Source of the DNA: Setoptus koraiensis
Taxonomy: Eukaryota > Animalia > Arthropoda
Direction of reading: 5' to 3'
NCBI GenBank assembly: GCA_048013815.1
Contig: CM106586.1
Location: 1 to 64,000 of the forward strand
DNA: 64,000 nt
A program made the position numbers and the translations under genes. The notes under the pieces were generated by a model. The model saw only the letters and a program-made list of their open reading frames with translations, ran no database searches and was not told the origin of the DNA. This document shows positions 36,346 to 48,007 of the stretch, piece by piece. Each line of letters begins with the position of its first letter. The first letter of the stretch is position 1.

Positions 36346-37470
36346 CTAGTCGAACACTTTTGGTTCCATTCTTCCGATTGCTTCAATGTACCTACGCGTG
36401 ATAGTTTTAGACAGTTCATCGACATATCCCGTGGTCAGATCATCGTTTAACTTGATGAGAAAATCTCTTTCTCGAGATACCACTGATATCCAAGCTGGCG
36501 AGAGTTCAGTTTTTTCTTGTGTGAGATTCTTTATGGAATATAATATGAATTTACGATGCAGAAGAAAGGATTCTCTGATTTTGTACGTAAAAATTAGACC
36601 ATCCAACCAGTTCAGTTCTTCAATCAACATTGGAACATGTGAGTATTGGTCAGGTTGATTATCCTTAATGGTCGATGAGGAACTCTGGTCCACACATGAG
36701 TTAGAAACAAAATATCTGTCCTTGTGTGGAACAGGTATACCTGAAATTATTGCATTATCAGAGATAGAGCAAAAACAGTCTAAAAGCAGTTGACGGTAAT
36801 GATAGCAACTGTAATCTGACACGTGTCCCTCTATCCAAATCTTGGACTTATTCAATTGACGATGCAAAACATCGAATCGGTGCCGGCAAAAGTTTGATGT
36901 CAACCATGTGGCATATGTCCAAGCGTAATAGTTCCGGCTATATTGTTCACATGCCCTCGAACAGAAATGAAACTCTTCCTCAACGAAACTATCGTTTAAC
37001 TGTTGAAATTTGAATTTTCTCAGGTATTCTACCAACCATTGACGATATGTAAATACGTCATCAGACTTGGGCTTCCGTGTCATGGCTAGAGTGTTGAGTT
37101 TGAGCTCATTCCATGGGTCTAGGTATTCCTCAGATACTAATGTTCTGCGAATATTCCACGCAGTTGTGTTGTCTGGATTGAGAAGAACAAGTAGCCTACT
37201 ATGGTTAGAGAGTAAATTGAATTGATTTTCCTCGAGCCAGAGTTTTTTGTGGCCAAGTAGATGTGAGCTTGAGTATAGAAATAACAATCGTAAACACCAA
37301 CTTTCTAACGCCAACTTGTTCTCCTCAATTATCACAGGGCTTTTGTTGCATCGATAGTCATCGCTTGTTGACATTATAGTAAATTCTACAAACTGTAGCC
37401 TATCAAGAGTGGAATTTAGGTCGGAAAATATTCTTTCGGCCAACGCATTGTCCTTTCCATATGATGCCAT
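36346..37470 (-). CDS. PTAR1: Protein prenyltransferase alpha-subunit repeat-containing protein 1, intronless, 374 aa
   Basis: PVIIEENKLALESW, LVLLNPDNTTAWNIRR, RKPKS, YSRNYYAWTY, HVSDYSCYHYRQ, and RESFLLHRK repeat motifs. Confidence 0.88.
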   Translation of the reverse strand: MASYGKDNALAERIFSDLNSTLDRLQFVEFTIMSTSDDYRCNKSPVIIEENKLALESWCLRLLFLYSSSHLLGHKKLWLEENQFNLLSNHSRLLVLLNPDNTTAWNIRRTLVSEEYLDPWNELKLNTLAMTRKPKSDDVFTYRQWLVEYLRKFKFQQLNDSFVEEEFHFCSRACEQYSRNYYAWTYATWLTSNFCRHRFDVLHRQLNKSKIWIEGHVSDYSCYHYRQLLLDCFCSISDNAIISGIPVPHKDRYFVSNSCVDQSSSSTIKDNQPDQYSHVPMLIEELNWLDGLIFTYKIRESFLLHRKFILYSIKNLTQEKTELSPAWISVVSRERDFLIKLNDDLTTGYVDELSKTITRRYIEAIGRMEPKVFD

Positions 37471-37965
37471 ACTACTATTTTAATCTATACGAAGTAGATG
37501 ATATAATAAATTTATACAAGATATTTTAAATCAACCCATGAGATTAACAAGGTCAATAAAACGAACACAATGAACAGTTGTTGTTGAATGAGAAACCTCA
37601 TGTCTATGATGATAACATGTGAGCAGCACGTATCAGCTGATTTCTGATGTCGAACTGACATTGTCAGCGATTTATATGTCACACCAATCTGATCAAGTTC
37701 TTCGCTGACTTCACAGTTGAGAAACGTGGATTTTTTCGACGTGTCTTTTGAAAAATAGCAAACATCAAGATACCTATGATACCAGAGTAACGACACAGGT
37801 GAATGTGAAGATGTAAGAACAATGGGAATGAGTCAAAAATCAAACATCAAATGACTATAACTGACACAAAGTTCACGAATAAGGTGTGCTATTTCATTTA
37901 TTGAATCTTAATTGTGTATTTGACTAAGTTGAAATCATTCTTACAAATAGTCGGCTCTCAGAATA

Positions 37966-39067
37966 TTATTTTCTTCCTAAGCCGAGTCCACCAGCTCCTT
38001 TAGCGCCCAGAGCAACTGACTGACCACCAGCAGCACCACCTAAAATGAATTGAAATAGATGACATATTTTAATTGAGAAGGTGACATTAGTGTCTACACG
38101 TGTTACGTAATTTCTTGTTGAGAGAAGATTTTGAATGTTTACAAACCTGTCTTAAATCCTGTTGCTCCTGCCGCACCTTTCTTGAAGCCGGCTTTTGTTG
38201 CCCCGCCGGCCGCAAACCCTTTAGCCCCACCGGAAGCCCCCTTCTTGAAACCAGCGGCCCCAGCGGCTCCGGCGAATCCTTTTTTGGCCACAAATCCTTT
38301 GCTTGCTCCCCCTGCAGCACCGTAGGCCGCTCCCTTGCCGAATTTGAATGCTGAATCATGATGGAATGCCTTGATTGTACCAAACGCCTTTTTATGTCCT
38401 GCTGCGAAACTTCCAAATTTACCTCCCTTTTTACCAAACTTGGCTGCGTATCCAGCACCGCTTGCGAAACCTTTCCCAGTCATCGATTCAATTGTCAATT
38501 AATACCATTCGATTGCTAAAGCTTAGAAACATCTAGCATCACATGATTCTATCAAGATACTTACCTGCTTTGTTACCTCCTTTCTTGAATCCGCCTGCAG
38601 CTGCCGCAGCACCCTTAGTGAATCCTGCCTTCTTACCAGCCTTAGCTCCGAATCCGGCTGCTCCTTTTGCTCCTGACTTGAATCCAGCGGCGGCTCCCTT
38701 CTTGAAACCTCCTTTAGCCAATACTGCACCGCCAGCACCCCCTCCAACGAGTGCACTCTCAGCAACACTCAATTGTTCCTCGCTTGCTGCTGTCTCGAAA
38801 TCTTCACCTTGCTCATTTTCGCCTTCACCTAAGCTTTCTGATGACCCACCGTCAAATTCATCGCCTAATTCATTTTCAGCCTGACAGTGGACAGAATAAA
38901 ATACTAGTGCCATACATAACAGCGCCAAATAGACCTATTTAGTTGAATTGAGTGAGGATTTGATATTTACGTGGTAATTTATATTGTAATTGTTGAACGT
39001 TTATATGTAAACAGTTAAAGTAGGATAGAAATCAATAGATACAACTTACTTTGGAAAGTTTTAACAT
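37966..39067 (-). CDS. Secreted Gly/Ala/Lys/Phe-rich protein with acidic propiece; exons 39067-39050, 38934-38565, 38470-38147 and 38039-37966, about 261 aa
   Basis: Three GT-AG introns give one frame (786 nt): MLKLSK|VYLALLCMALVFYSVHC signal peptide, D/E-rich segment, GFKKG-type repeats, ending GLGLGRK*. The intron-2 acceptor is atypical. Confidence 0.78.
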
Positions 39068-39982
39068 TGTAACAGACAATTTGTGGGGATTGATGTAATT
39101 AAGATTGTACTCTCTTCCGGTGACTATCGTCAAAGATTGCTTGCGATAAAGTTTGTCCAATTTTTTTTTTGATTCCCTATCTTAATCATGAATTCTCAAG
39201 TGATCACGAGCTTAATATAACTTGTTGATACTAATTTTCTATGTTTATTCTCTTGTGATAGTCCCTGAATGATATCGAATGGTCGTAGATTTCATCATTT
39301 ATATACAAACTGTTCGTATACGGAAAAAAGCGTACTTTCCCAAGTATCTAAAGAATAATATGGACTGGACGTGGTTAAGACTATTTTAGCTACAGGAAAG
39401 GAACACTGCCAGTTCTATGCATAACTGCAACCTGAGATAACAGTGGTGACCACTGTACGATATCTATTATCTTGTTTGTAGTTGTTTTGTCGCCTAAAAG
39501 AGATATGATATTTTTCCTGCTAATGCACCTGTAAATTAGTTTTGCTTCGCTGATCGCCAGCTACAACAAATGGGTGACTAGAGTAGACATGAACTTGAAT
39601 AATGAGCCGAGTTCAACCAATATGGAGGTGCTAAATGTGTTCCCTCTTTTATGTACTTTTATCTTAGTTGAATAAAAATCACTGAAAAGGTGCCATTAGA
39701 ATGTGATAATAAATCAAGTTAGCTAGAAGAGGACCAACAAATGCACGCTTTACGTGACCATTCATACTAATTGGTATTATAAAAATTTTAGTAAGTTTAG
39801 TCATTCAATCGAATTCCAAGAATAATATTCTAATGATTGGCAACAAAGTTGTTATGTTATTCATGACAATCTAATGTCAATATAGGAAATTTGTAGTTTT
39901 TTACAACTAAAATGACTAGAATTTATCATACCCCACACTGGTTGCTATTAAGTGTAAGAAAGAACAAGTTTATCAACTTTAT

Positions 39983-41053
39983 TTATAAATTAATACTCAA
40001 TTCTTCACACCTGCGAAATATAGATTCTTGTTCTTCGATAGCTTTCCATGCGGCGTCCTTCTCCTTTTTGGTGGGATTTCGTTTCTTTTGTTTGGCTAGT
40101 ATTAGTTTCTGGTAGGAATCTATAACGTCGGCGTTGGCCACCTTGAGCTTTTCTCTCATTTCATCCAATTCTGCTCGTCTTTTAGCGCGAGCAATCAATG
40201 AAACCATAGCCTCTTTATTGTAAGTCTGTATAAGCGAGAGTTCATTTTGACAGCATCTTAATTCACGCAATAAATCATCATCTTCACTACCAAATGAAAT
40301 ATCATCCTGCTTGGTAAGTATGTGGTGTTCCTCTAGAGTTGTGCGTATTCTTTTTTCCAATAATTTAACATTGCCTAGGTGCAAATTACGAAATTTAAGA
40401 TTTTTTTTGTTATTTCCAGTTACGTTTGATCCTATTCCTAGCTCTGCTTCCATTTCATCAAAGCTATTTATATTCTCCTCAATCAAGCACGACACTAGAC
40501 GCTGAGTTAGGGCACCCAAGCAGGCTTTTTCATCCGGCGTAGATTTGTTAGGGGTCTTGGGCAAGGCACTATTGTTTTTACAATTCTTTTCATCAATATA
40601 AGATCGTAATCTCTCTATTTCCATTGCTGTAGGAGCGGCGCAAAATTGTTCGACAAATGGCCAGAATTTGTCTGGGGTACGGAAGGCAAGTTTATTATAG
40701 GATGTTGGACTTTCCACTTTAGACCTTTTACTAGGCCTATCATCGGTGGTTCGTGGGCTACTCTCGACACTGTTATCACTGCTAACGATACAATTACTGC
40801 TAGCACTACTTGCAGAGGAGAGATTATGTGATTTCCTAAGATTGATACTATTGACGTTATTGTTATTATTACTATTGACCTGCTGATTGCCCTGCTGACT
40901 AATGATGCTTTTTCCAGCCAATATTTGTAAATCTGATTCCAGTTGCCATTTCTTTTGCATCACATTGACTAGTGAAGATTCGATCTCTGTTTGTAGAATG
41001 TCGAGATCCTCCACATTGATCACATCTTGGTTTTTTTGAATGATGGAGAACAT
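39983..41053 (-). CDS. TADA3: Transcriptional adapter 3 (SAGA/ATAC HAT module), intronless, 356 aa
   Basis: EDLDILQTEIE, PDKFWPFVEQFC, GALTQRLVSCLIEEN, EDDDLLRELRCCQNEL, KKRNPTKKEKDAAWKA. Confidence 0.9.
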   Translation of the reverse strand: MFSIIQKNQDVINVEDLDILQTEIESSLVNVMQKKWQLESDLQILAGKSIISQQGNQQVNSNNNNNVNSINLRKSHNLSSASSASSNCIVSSDNSVESSPRTTDDRPSKRSKVESPTSYNKLAFRTPDKFWPFVEQFCAAPTAMEIERLRSYIDEKNCKNNSALPKTPNKSTPDEKACLGALTQRLVSCLIEENINSFDEMEAELGIGSNVTGNNKKNLKFRNLHLGNVKLLEKRIRTTLEEHHILTKQDDISFGSEDDDLLRELRCCQNELSLIQTYNKEAMVSLIARAKRRAELDEMREKLKVANADVIDSYQKLILAKQKKRNPTKKEKDAAWKAIEEQESIFRRCEELSINL

Positions 41054-42245
41054 TATTATGTAATTAAAATGTTTCGTCGGATAAAATTAAATTCCTAGAA
41101 CACTCCATAGTTTGTTGTTGTTCTTTCGTTGTTTCTCTATATTCTATATTAGGTGTCACAAGTAAACCAAACTGCGCCAACCTTCTAAAGAGCATCTTTT
41201 TAAATGAACGCATACAATTAGCACAGTTTGTGTGAAAGCGCAATAACCATGGCACGCAACAACATAGGCAAGTATAGACTGAAGCTGACACAAACAGCAC
41301 ACACAGAATCGGTTGAGCGTTTCGTATTATTGTGCTGCACAGGATTCACTGTAGCCAATTTACTTACTTGTGGCCACCCTGTGCCTATCTACAGTGCAGT
41401 GTATGTAGTTTTCAACGTTCAATAGGGGGCTTACATTCGCATTTCGATACACAAACAGTACAGTTGACGTTCGCCAAAGCGCCTTCTGTTGCTGTATGTG
41501 TATTGCGGTGTCGTCGCTGTTGTGCCCACCCCCCATGGTTGCCGTTACCCCCATTGCTGCACCCCCCCCCCCCTAGTGCGCATCGAACAGACAGTTCGTT
41601 ACAATTCCATGTTAATGCGTAGGGCAAAAAATAACTTTTAGGCACACGCACATGAGACACACACAAACACACTTACTGTGACACACAAGAAGGGCGGCCG
41701 CCATTTTTCTTTTGTGCATGGTTGCCTGCATTATAGCATTGCTCTTGATGGCATGCAGTCCCCCTAGAATAGAAGCGCACACACACACACACACACACAC
41801 ACTGAAAGCCATTCAGTGTGTTTGTGTGAGTGCTTTCCCACCCGTCTACAAAATGTTCTGTGCAGCACTTAGGCACAGGACGTTCTCTGGATTGTGTGTG
41901 TGCCAGATTCAGTAGGCTTCCCTAGTGGTTATGAGTGTTCCGCAATACAAAGCAGTAATTTTTGCTCACAGCTACAGACTGTGCCTCAACAACTGTCAAT
42001 GTTCAGTTCAAAAAATGCACTGCGAAAGGCGTCGATAGAATAAACATAGAGTGGGGAGAGGGGAAAAATAATAGAGGATATAAAATACCAGTAATGAAAT
42101 CGATGCTTTCACAATATATCTTTATTATTACTAATCTTGGCTATCTCGTATTTTAATTTAAAAAAAACAAAACAAACAAAACATAACGACACTAGCATTA
42201 TTACAATTATTATTATCATTATAGGACTATTATTACCTTTTACAC

Positions 42246-43316
42246 ATGATGCACCAACAGCAGCAGGTCAGTGTCCAGCAACAATCTCAACAGGGACAAA
42301 CTGGCCAAATGGCCACCATTCTGATACCTGCCGGCACCGCGGCCCAAATACAACATGCCGCCAACCAAGCGATTCAACACCAACAACAGCACCAGCAACA
42401 ACATCAGCAACAACAACAACAACAACATCAGCAACAACAACAACAGCAACAGGGTCAGAATCAACGTCACGATTCAAAACAATTCTCGAATCAAACTCAA
42501 GCTTTAGCCATGGCTGGACATCTTCAAATACAACAAAATAATCAAGCATCACCTTCTACCACTACTGCTACCATTATTATACCTGCTGGACCTGGTTCTG
42601 GTCAGTTACGTGGTAATGCAACCTATGCTGTACCTGTTAGCACCGCCAGCCTAGTTAATTTGTGGCCTTGTCCCCATTGTAAAATACCTTACAGATCAGC
42701 GTTAGAATTACAGACTCACCTTCATACACATATTAAACAAGAAAAAAGTGCACCCTGTCCACAATGTGGTAAATTATTTGCCTCCCCAGAAAGAGTCAAA
42801 ATACATGTGAGAGTAGCTCACGGTGAAAAATCGTGCTCATGCACAATATGTGGGTCTGGTTTCCCTTACAGATGCAAATTATTGGACCACATGCGAACAC
42901 ACACTGGTGATAAACCATTTACTTGTGATGTTTGTCAGAGGTCTTTCTCACAAAAGAATCACCTCAGGAGACATCAGATGATACACACTGGCGAACGTCC
43001 ATATGCTTGTGAGTTTTGTAACAGAGGTTTCTATCGTAAGGATAAATTGAGCAGACATAGAAAAATACACCTAAATCCTAGTAGTAGAACTAGCAGAGGT
43101 TCTAAACAATCACACATCACAACCACAGTTGCCAACCCAATGACTGTTGCCTCCATGTCTTCGCCTAACTCAGCCACAATACAGCTGATACCGTTACAAG
43201 TGTCGCCTCAATTTTTGACTCAATCAGGAGATCAGTTGGCGACGTTACAAATGACCGAGACCGCTCCATCAACAAATAAGAAACAATTAGCGCGTGAGAG
43301 AGAACTTATTAATTGA
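42246..43316 (+). CDS. PolyQ-containing C2H2 zinc-finger protein with 5 fingers, 356 aa
   Basis: Q/H-rich N-terminus, then CPHC, CPQC, CTIC, CDVC and CEFC fingers with TGDKP/TGERP linkers. The 5' end is uncertain. Confidence 0.88.
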   Translation: MMHQQQQVSVQQQSQQGQTGQMATILIPAGTAAQIQHAANQAIQHQQQHQQQHQQQQQQQHQQQQQQQQGQNQRHDSKQFSNQTQALAMAGHLQIQQNNQASPSTTTATIIIPAGPGSGQLRGNATYAVPVSTASLVNLWPCPHCKIPYRSALELQTHLHTHIKQEKSAPCPQCGKLFASPERVKIHVRVAHGEKSCSCTICGSGFPYRCKLLDHMRTHTGDKPFTCDVCQRSFSQKNHLRRHQMIHTGERPYACEFCNRGFYRKDKLSRHRKIHLNPSSRTSRGSKQSHITTTVANPMTVASMSSPNSATIQLIPLQVSPQFLTQSGDQLATLQMTETAPSTNKKQLARERELIN

Positions 43317-43689
43317 TCAAATTTTTATACAATAAAAAAAGTTCTCTTGTCTACTAACACATAGGTCAAATACTGAAGGAATGTGATTGATATATGTAAG
43401 AGATTGATCTTATAAAATACTATTTCTTTGCTAAAAATGTCAACAAAGGCCACAGTCGGTGCCGCCTCATTATAGATAGAATAACGTTAATTTTTTGCCA
43501 ACTTTCAGACTTTATTCAACACAAGTTTCGGGTATTTAGATTAAATTATTATCGTAATAGTTATACTAAGACCAATTAATTGATTATTGTTTAACAGACT
43601 AACAATTAACTAGAGAAGAAATCGACAAAGCTCCAGATGGGAGCTTTTACGCTTTTATCGCCTAGTATATGAGACAATCATAGTTGACT

Positions 43690-46600
43690 CTACCGCCCGG
43701 CTTGAAATTTACAACTTAAATCCAGTGCTTGAGCCGCTAAATCCAATGGGCGATGAATGTCAAATGGCAAGCGTAAACGTTGGCTTTCATTATTAACAAA
43801 TTGTAGGGGATGAGATTGTTGTTGACGCTTCTGACCAAAATGATCAAAATTTAGAATTAGGTGAGATGATGGGGAAGTGGACAATGAAATGCATTGATCC
43901 TGTAACGTTTGATGGTTTTTGATCGTTGTCGCTGACATATGATTATTCCTATCTGTTCTGGTATTTCCTCTTTCGCCTAGCTTAAATCCACCAATCAGCA
44001 TAGGTTCAGATGATCTGTCGTGTTTCAATTGATTACTATTTTGCGAGGAATCATTATGGTTGTGTTGGTTTGATTTCCTTGTCTGCTTTGAAAAGCCAAT
44101 ATGACTTTGTGATTGTGACTGGTGTAAACCTTTGGTTATTGGAGTTGTGAGTTTTGTTGTTTGATTATCATAATTGTGGTGATTGTTGTTCTTGATAGGA
44201 GCAATTTTTGCTGTTTGTTGCTGCTGTTGTTGCGGTACTGAAGAAAGTTTAGTTGAGGTATTTGGCGCCTTATTACTAGATGAGCTGTGACTACTTTGAT
44301 TAGAGGTGATCTTGTGCGATTGGGTCCCCGTTTGATTAGTTGCCGAGTTAGCGCTCACTTTGACTGGAATAGTCTGATGATTACTATGATCCGTAATAAT
44401 TAAACTTCGGCCGCCTGTATTACTACCTTTAACACCATCGCCTGATCCACCTAAGCTGTTGTATTGTTTTTTGTGACGTTTCCTAACGTGTCTTTCACAA
44501 TTTGCTTTTGTTGTGAATGCATATCTACATATCATACAAATGTATGGCCTCTCTCCGCTGTGTATACGCAAATGACGAACAAGAGTACACCTGTCAACAG
44601 ATGAATAAGTACATAATTTACATTTATAACAATGTCTGTTGCGTTTTCCCCCTTTTCTCGTTGCATTTGGATTAGCAGTCTTGACATAGTTTTGACCTAT
44701 CTCTTCAGTAGTTTCCGATGTGGTAGTGCTGGCGGTAGTAGTGGTGGTGTTCGTTGTTGTCATGGTTGCCGGCTCAGTTGCCGTTGTTGAGGACTTATTG
44801 TAGAAACCAGCGGAGCCTATCTCACTAACATTGCCTGGTTCCGAAAATGGGAAACATGTTGCTGTAGCTTGTTGTTTACGTTTATTTGTGTTATGATGGT
44901 GATCATCTTGATGATGATTCAATTGTCTATCTGCCTTGTTTGAGGTCAATTGTGTAGCTCTGGCGCTAACAGATGAATCTTTGGTTCTTTGCAAATGATG
45001 ATGATCATTATTGTTATCGTCCTCAAATTTGTTCATACTTCTACTACTGTTACTAATTAAATCATCAAAGACGTCGCCACTATATACGGTATTGGCATCG
45101 CCACCTTTGGCAACAAATTCATTTATTTCACCCTCATTAGCTGATCTTTGGGAATATTGACTATCAGAGCGAACCCATAGCACTCTTTCACCAGTAGAAT
45201 CTGATCTTTGTTTCAGTTGTTGTGAGCCGTCTCTCATCATTAATAAATCATTTGGTGATGAGCAGTTATTATCATCGCCAATTTGATTAATTGAATGTCG
45301 ATCCTTATTTCTATCGGAATAAATTTTTTGTTGTTCTTCATCTTCAACTTTCACTTTTCTAGACAAAGAAGCTTGCTTTCGCGTCTGCTGTTGTTTCAAT
45401 AAACCATCGATAAATCTCGAATTCTTTGTAGTGTACTCATTTCCATTATCCGGTTGCGATTGGGGGCTCACACATGGACTAGCGTGCTGGTGATCCAAGT
45501 CGTGCCTTTTTATCTGCTGATGTTGCATCTGATTGATATTGGGCCCGGTGGTAGATAATGCTGAAGGTAAATTTTGCAGATTTGCCAGAGCGGCGGCAGT
45601 TGCGGCAGCCATAACAGTTGATGAGGACCAAGGCAAGTCTGTTTGTGGGCACAATTGATCGTTGTTATTAACTGCTAACGATTTTCTTGATGTTGTCGAT
45701 TGACCATAATTTGATGATTGTAAATTGCCTAAATGTGTCAATTTGAAATGTCTTTCAGATATTTCGCGCGAAGGAAACGATACCTTACAGTGATTGCAAT
45801 AAAATTCATTTGACTTCCTGTGTCTTTGCGAGCCGTCAGTCAAGTTTTTCAACATTTGTGTGGCAAATTGCAATTGTTGCTCTCTTAATTTAATAGCTGC
45901 CTGCTCATTCAAATTATTGTTATTATTATTGGGTCCATGGATAAAGGGATTATTTAATTGAGCGGCAGCGGCCACCATTGAGGCAAGTTGCATTTTTGTT
46001 GTTTCATCGCTCATGATAGTGTGAAAATGTTCTTTGGTATTAAGATCATGAAAGTCATTGATTTGAGTATAGTTGTTGTCGTTGGCAAAGAAACACTTCA
46101 ATGGTTCATAATTCAATATAGACAATAAATCTTCATCGAAATTCTTTTTAATATTGTGTCCATGGCTACTCATAGACTGATCACAATTTGTTGTCTGACC
46201 GACAATGTTCGATCTAGATTCCAAATTGTGTGTGTGCTGATCGCCTCCTTCATCTGATCTAGTCAAATTTGATTCCGACCTATCATCGTCAACATCCTCC
46301 TCAGACAATGAATCTCTAGCCAAGTGATTTCCGCTAAATTCCGCAATATTGTTGTTGTTGTTGCTATTTAAGTTTAATATAAAATTCTCACGATCTTGAT
46401 CTCTTTTGCTCGTCGTTGATGTATCATCATGTTTCATACTAACTGATGATTGACAACGAAGATTCAGTGTTGTTGATGTCTCAGTTAATCCTTCAGTTAG
46501 GTTCAGGTCATTTTTTGATTGTGAACCCTTGTAAGAGGGGTGGTTTTGCTTTCTTTTTTTAATAGGCGGAGTCCTCAAGTTTGGTGTTAATAATAAATTA

Positions 46601-48007
46601 TCCTCGTTGCAACCGCTGTCATTATCGCTACTAATAATTGTTGCATCATCATCATAACAATCATTGTGAACTAGATCTTCTTTCACTTTAGAGCCGCCTC
46701 TAGTTGTAGTGGTAGTGGTGGTTGTTGTTGTTGTTGTTGCTGCTGCCGCTGTTATTGTTGATCTAATCTTTCGTCTTCTTTGTTTGATCTGTTGTTGTTG
46801 GTGGTGCTGCTGTTTTTGTTCGCCTATGACAGATTCAATTTGATGTTGATCAGATTTCGATGACAATCTACTATGATTATTGCCACTTGTTATTGATGGC
46901 GGTAATAAGTTTGATGTAGGTGCTTGTTGTTCTATGTGGTTGGTAGTTGGTGTTGTTGTTGTTGCCGTAGCTAGAGATTTCTTTTGTTGGGCTAAAGAAT
47001 CTTTATGTAAATGAGTTCTCATATGTCGATGCATATTACCTATGAGAGAGCAAGTAGTAGTAGTAGATATATATCACACATGAGCGGCAACCATCATTAT
47101 AAATGATCATGGTACAATAAACAATTAACAATAATAATAGTAATAATAAAGATAAAGATTTGACAATAATAATAACAAAAAGTTAGTTGACAGATTTATA
47201 TTGATCGACGACGTCATGAATGAAGGGGATGACAAAGAGAGGGGATATACATATAACCATATATATATATGATTATATATATATATATATATATGTGGTT
47301 TGTATATAGAGCTAGCATATGAAAGGATAGACAATTGGAGCAATAAAAAGCCATGATCCCTCCTCAGAGATATTGACTCAGATAACTAACTGATTTAAGA
47401 GTGAGCGAGACTTACCATTTGTAGTGAATGTCATACTACACCGTTTACATTTGAATGGTCTCTCGCCAGAATGTGTCAGCATGTGTCTATCTAATGACGA
47501 CGATGAGGATAATTGTTTATCACATAGTTTGCAAGTGTGCATTTGATCCCCATTGATGCTGCCACCACTTTGGCTACTGTTTGATGTGGGGGCCCTATGA
47601 TGATGCTGTTGTTGTTGATCCTCATTTTGTTGGCTCGTTTGTTGTTCATTTGTTGACGATGGATTGCTGCGATTAGAAGATTGAGACCTATGGGTATCGT
47701 TACTATTATTGCAACTATTAATTGATTCTTCTTCATCATCTTTATCATCGCCATCAACGACATCATCATCATCATTTGAGATGATCTTTTCTTTTAGACT
47801 GGCTGCCTCTAATTCATTTACATGTGTGTCTATATTTGATTGATTGACATCGAGACTAGCGTTATCATCGACCAATTTGAGCTCATCGTTATCGAGATTT
47901 TTCATGGGCTCATCGGGGGCCCTCGGTGATAGTTGCTGTTGTTGAGGCTGTGGTTGTTGTTGGTCACAGTTGTTTTTCTCCAAAAGTATTGGTTGATCTT
48001 CAATCAT
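43690..48007 (-). CDS. RREB1: hindsight/pebbled (RREB1) orthologue; exons 48007-47416 and 47039-43690, about 1313 aa
   Basis: [27 protein letters not shown]|NMHRHMRTH (donor G|GTAAGT at 47415, acceptor CATAG| at 47040), STLVRH-like [27 protein letters not shown], and PLDL/ALDLS motifs. Confidence 0.9.

Noticed and set aside
38087-38884. Alternative-frame and antisense Pro/Ala-rich ORFs over the Gly-rich gene
   Set aside because: By-products of GC-rich low-complexity codons; only the Gly-rich frame links to a signal peptide through GT-AG junctions.
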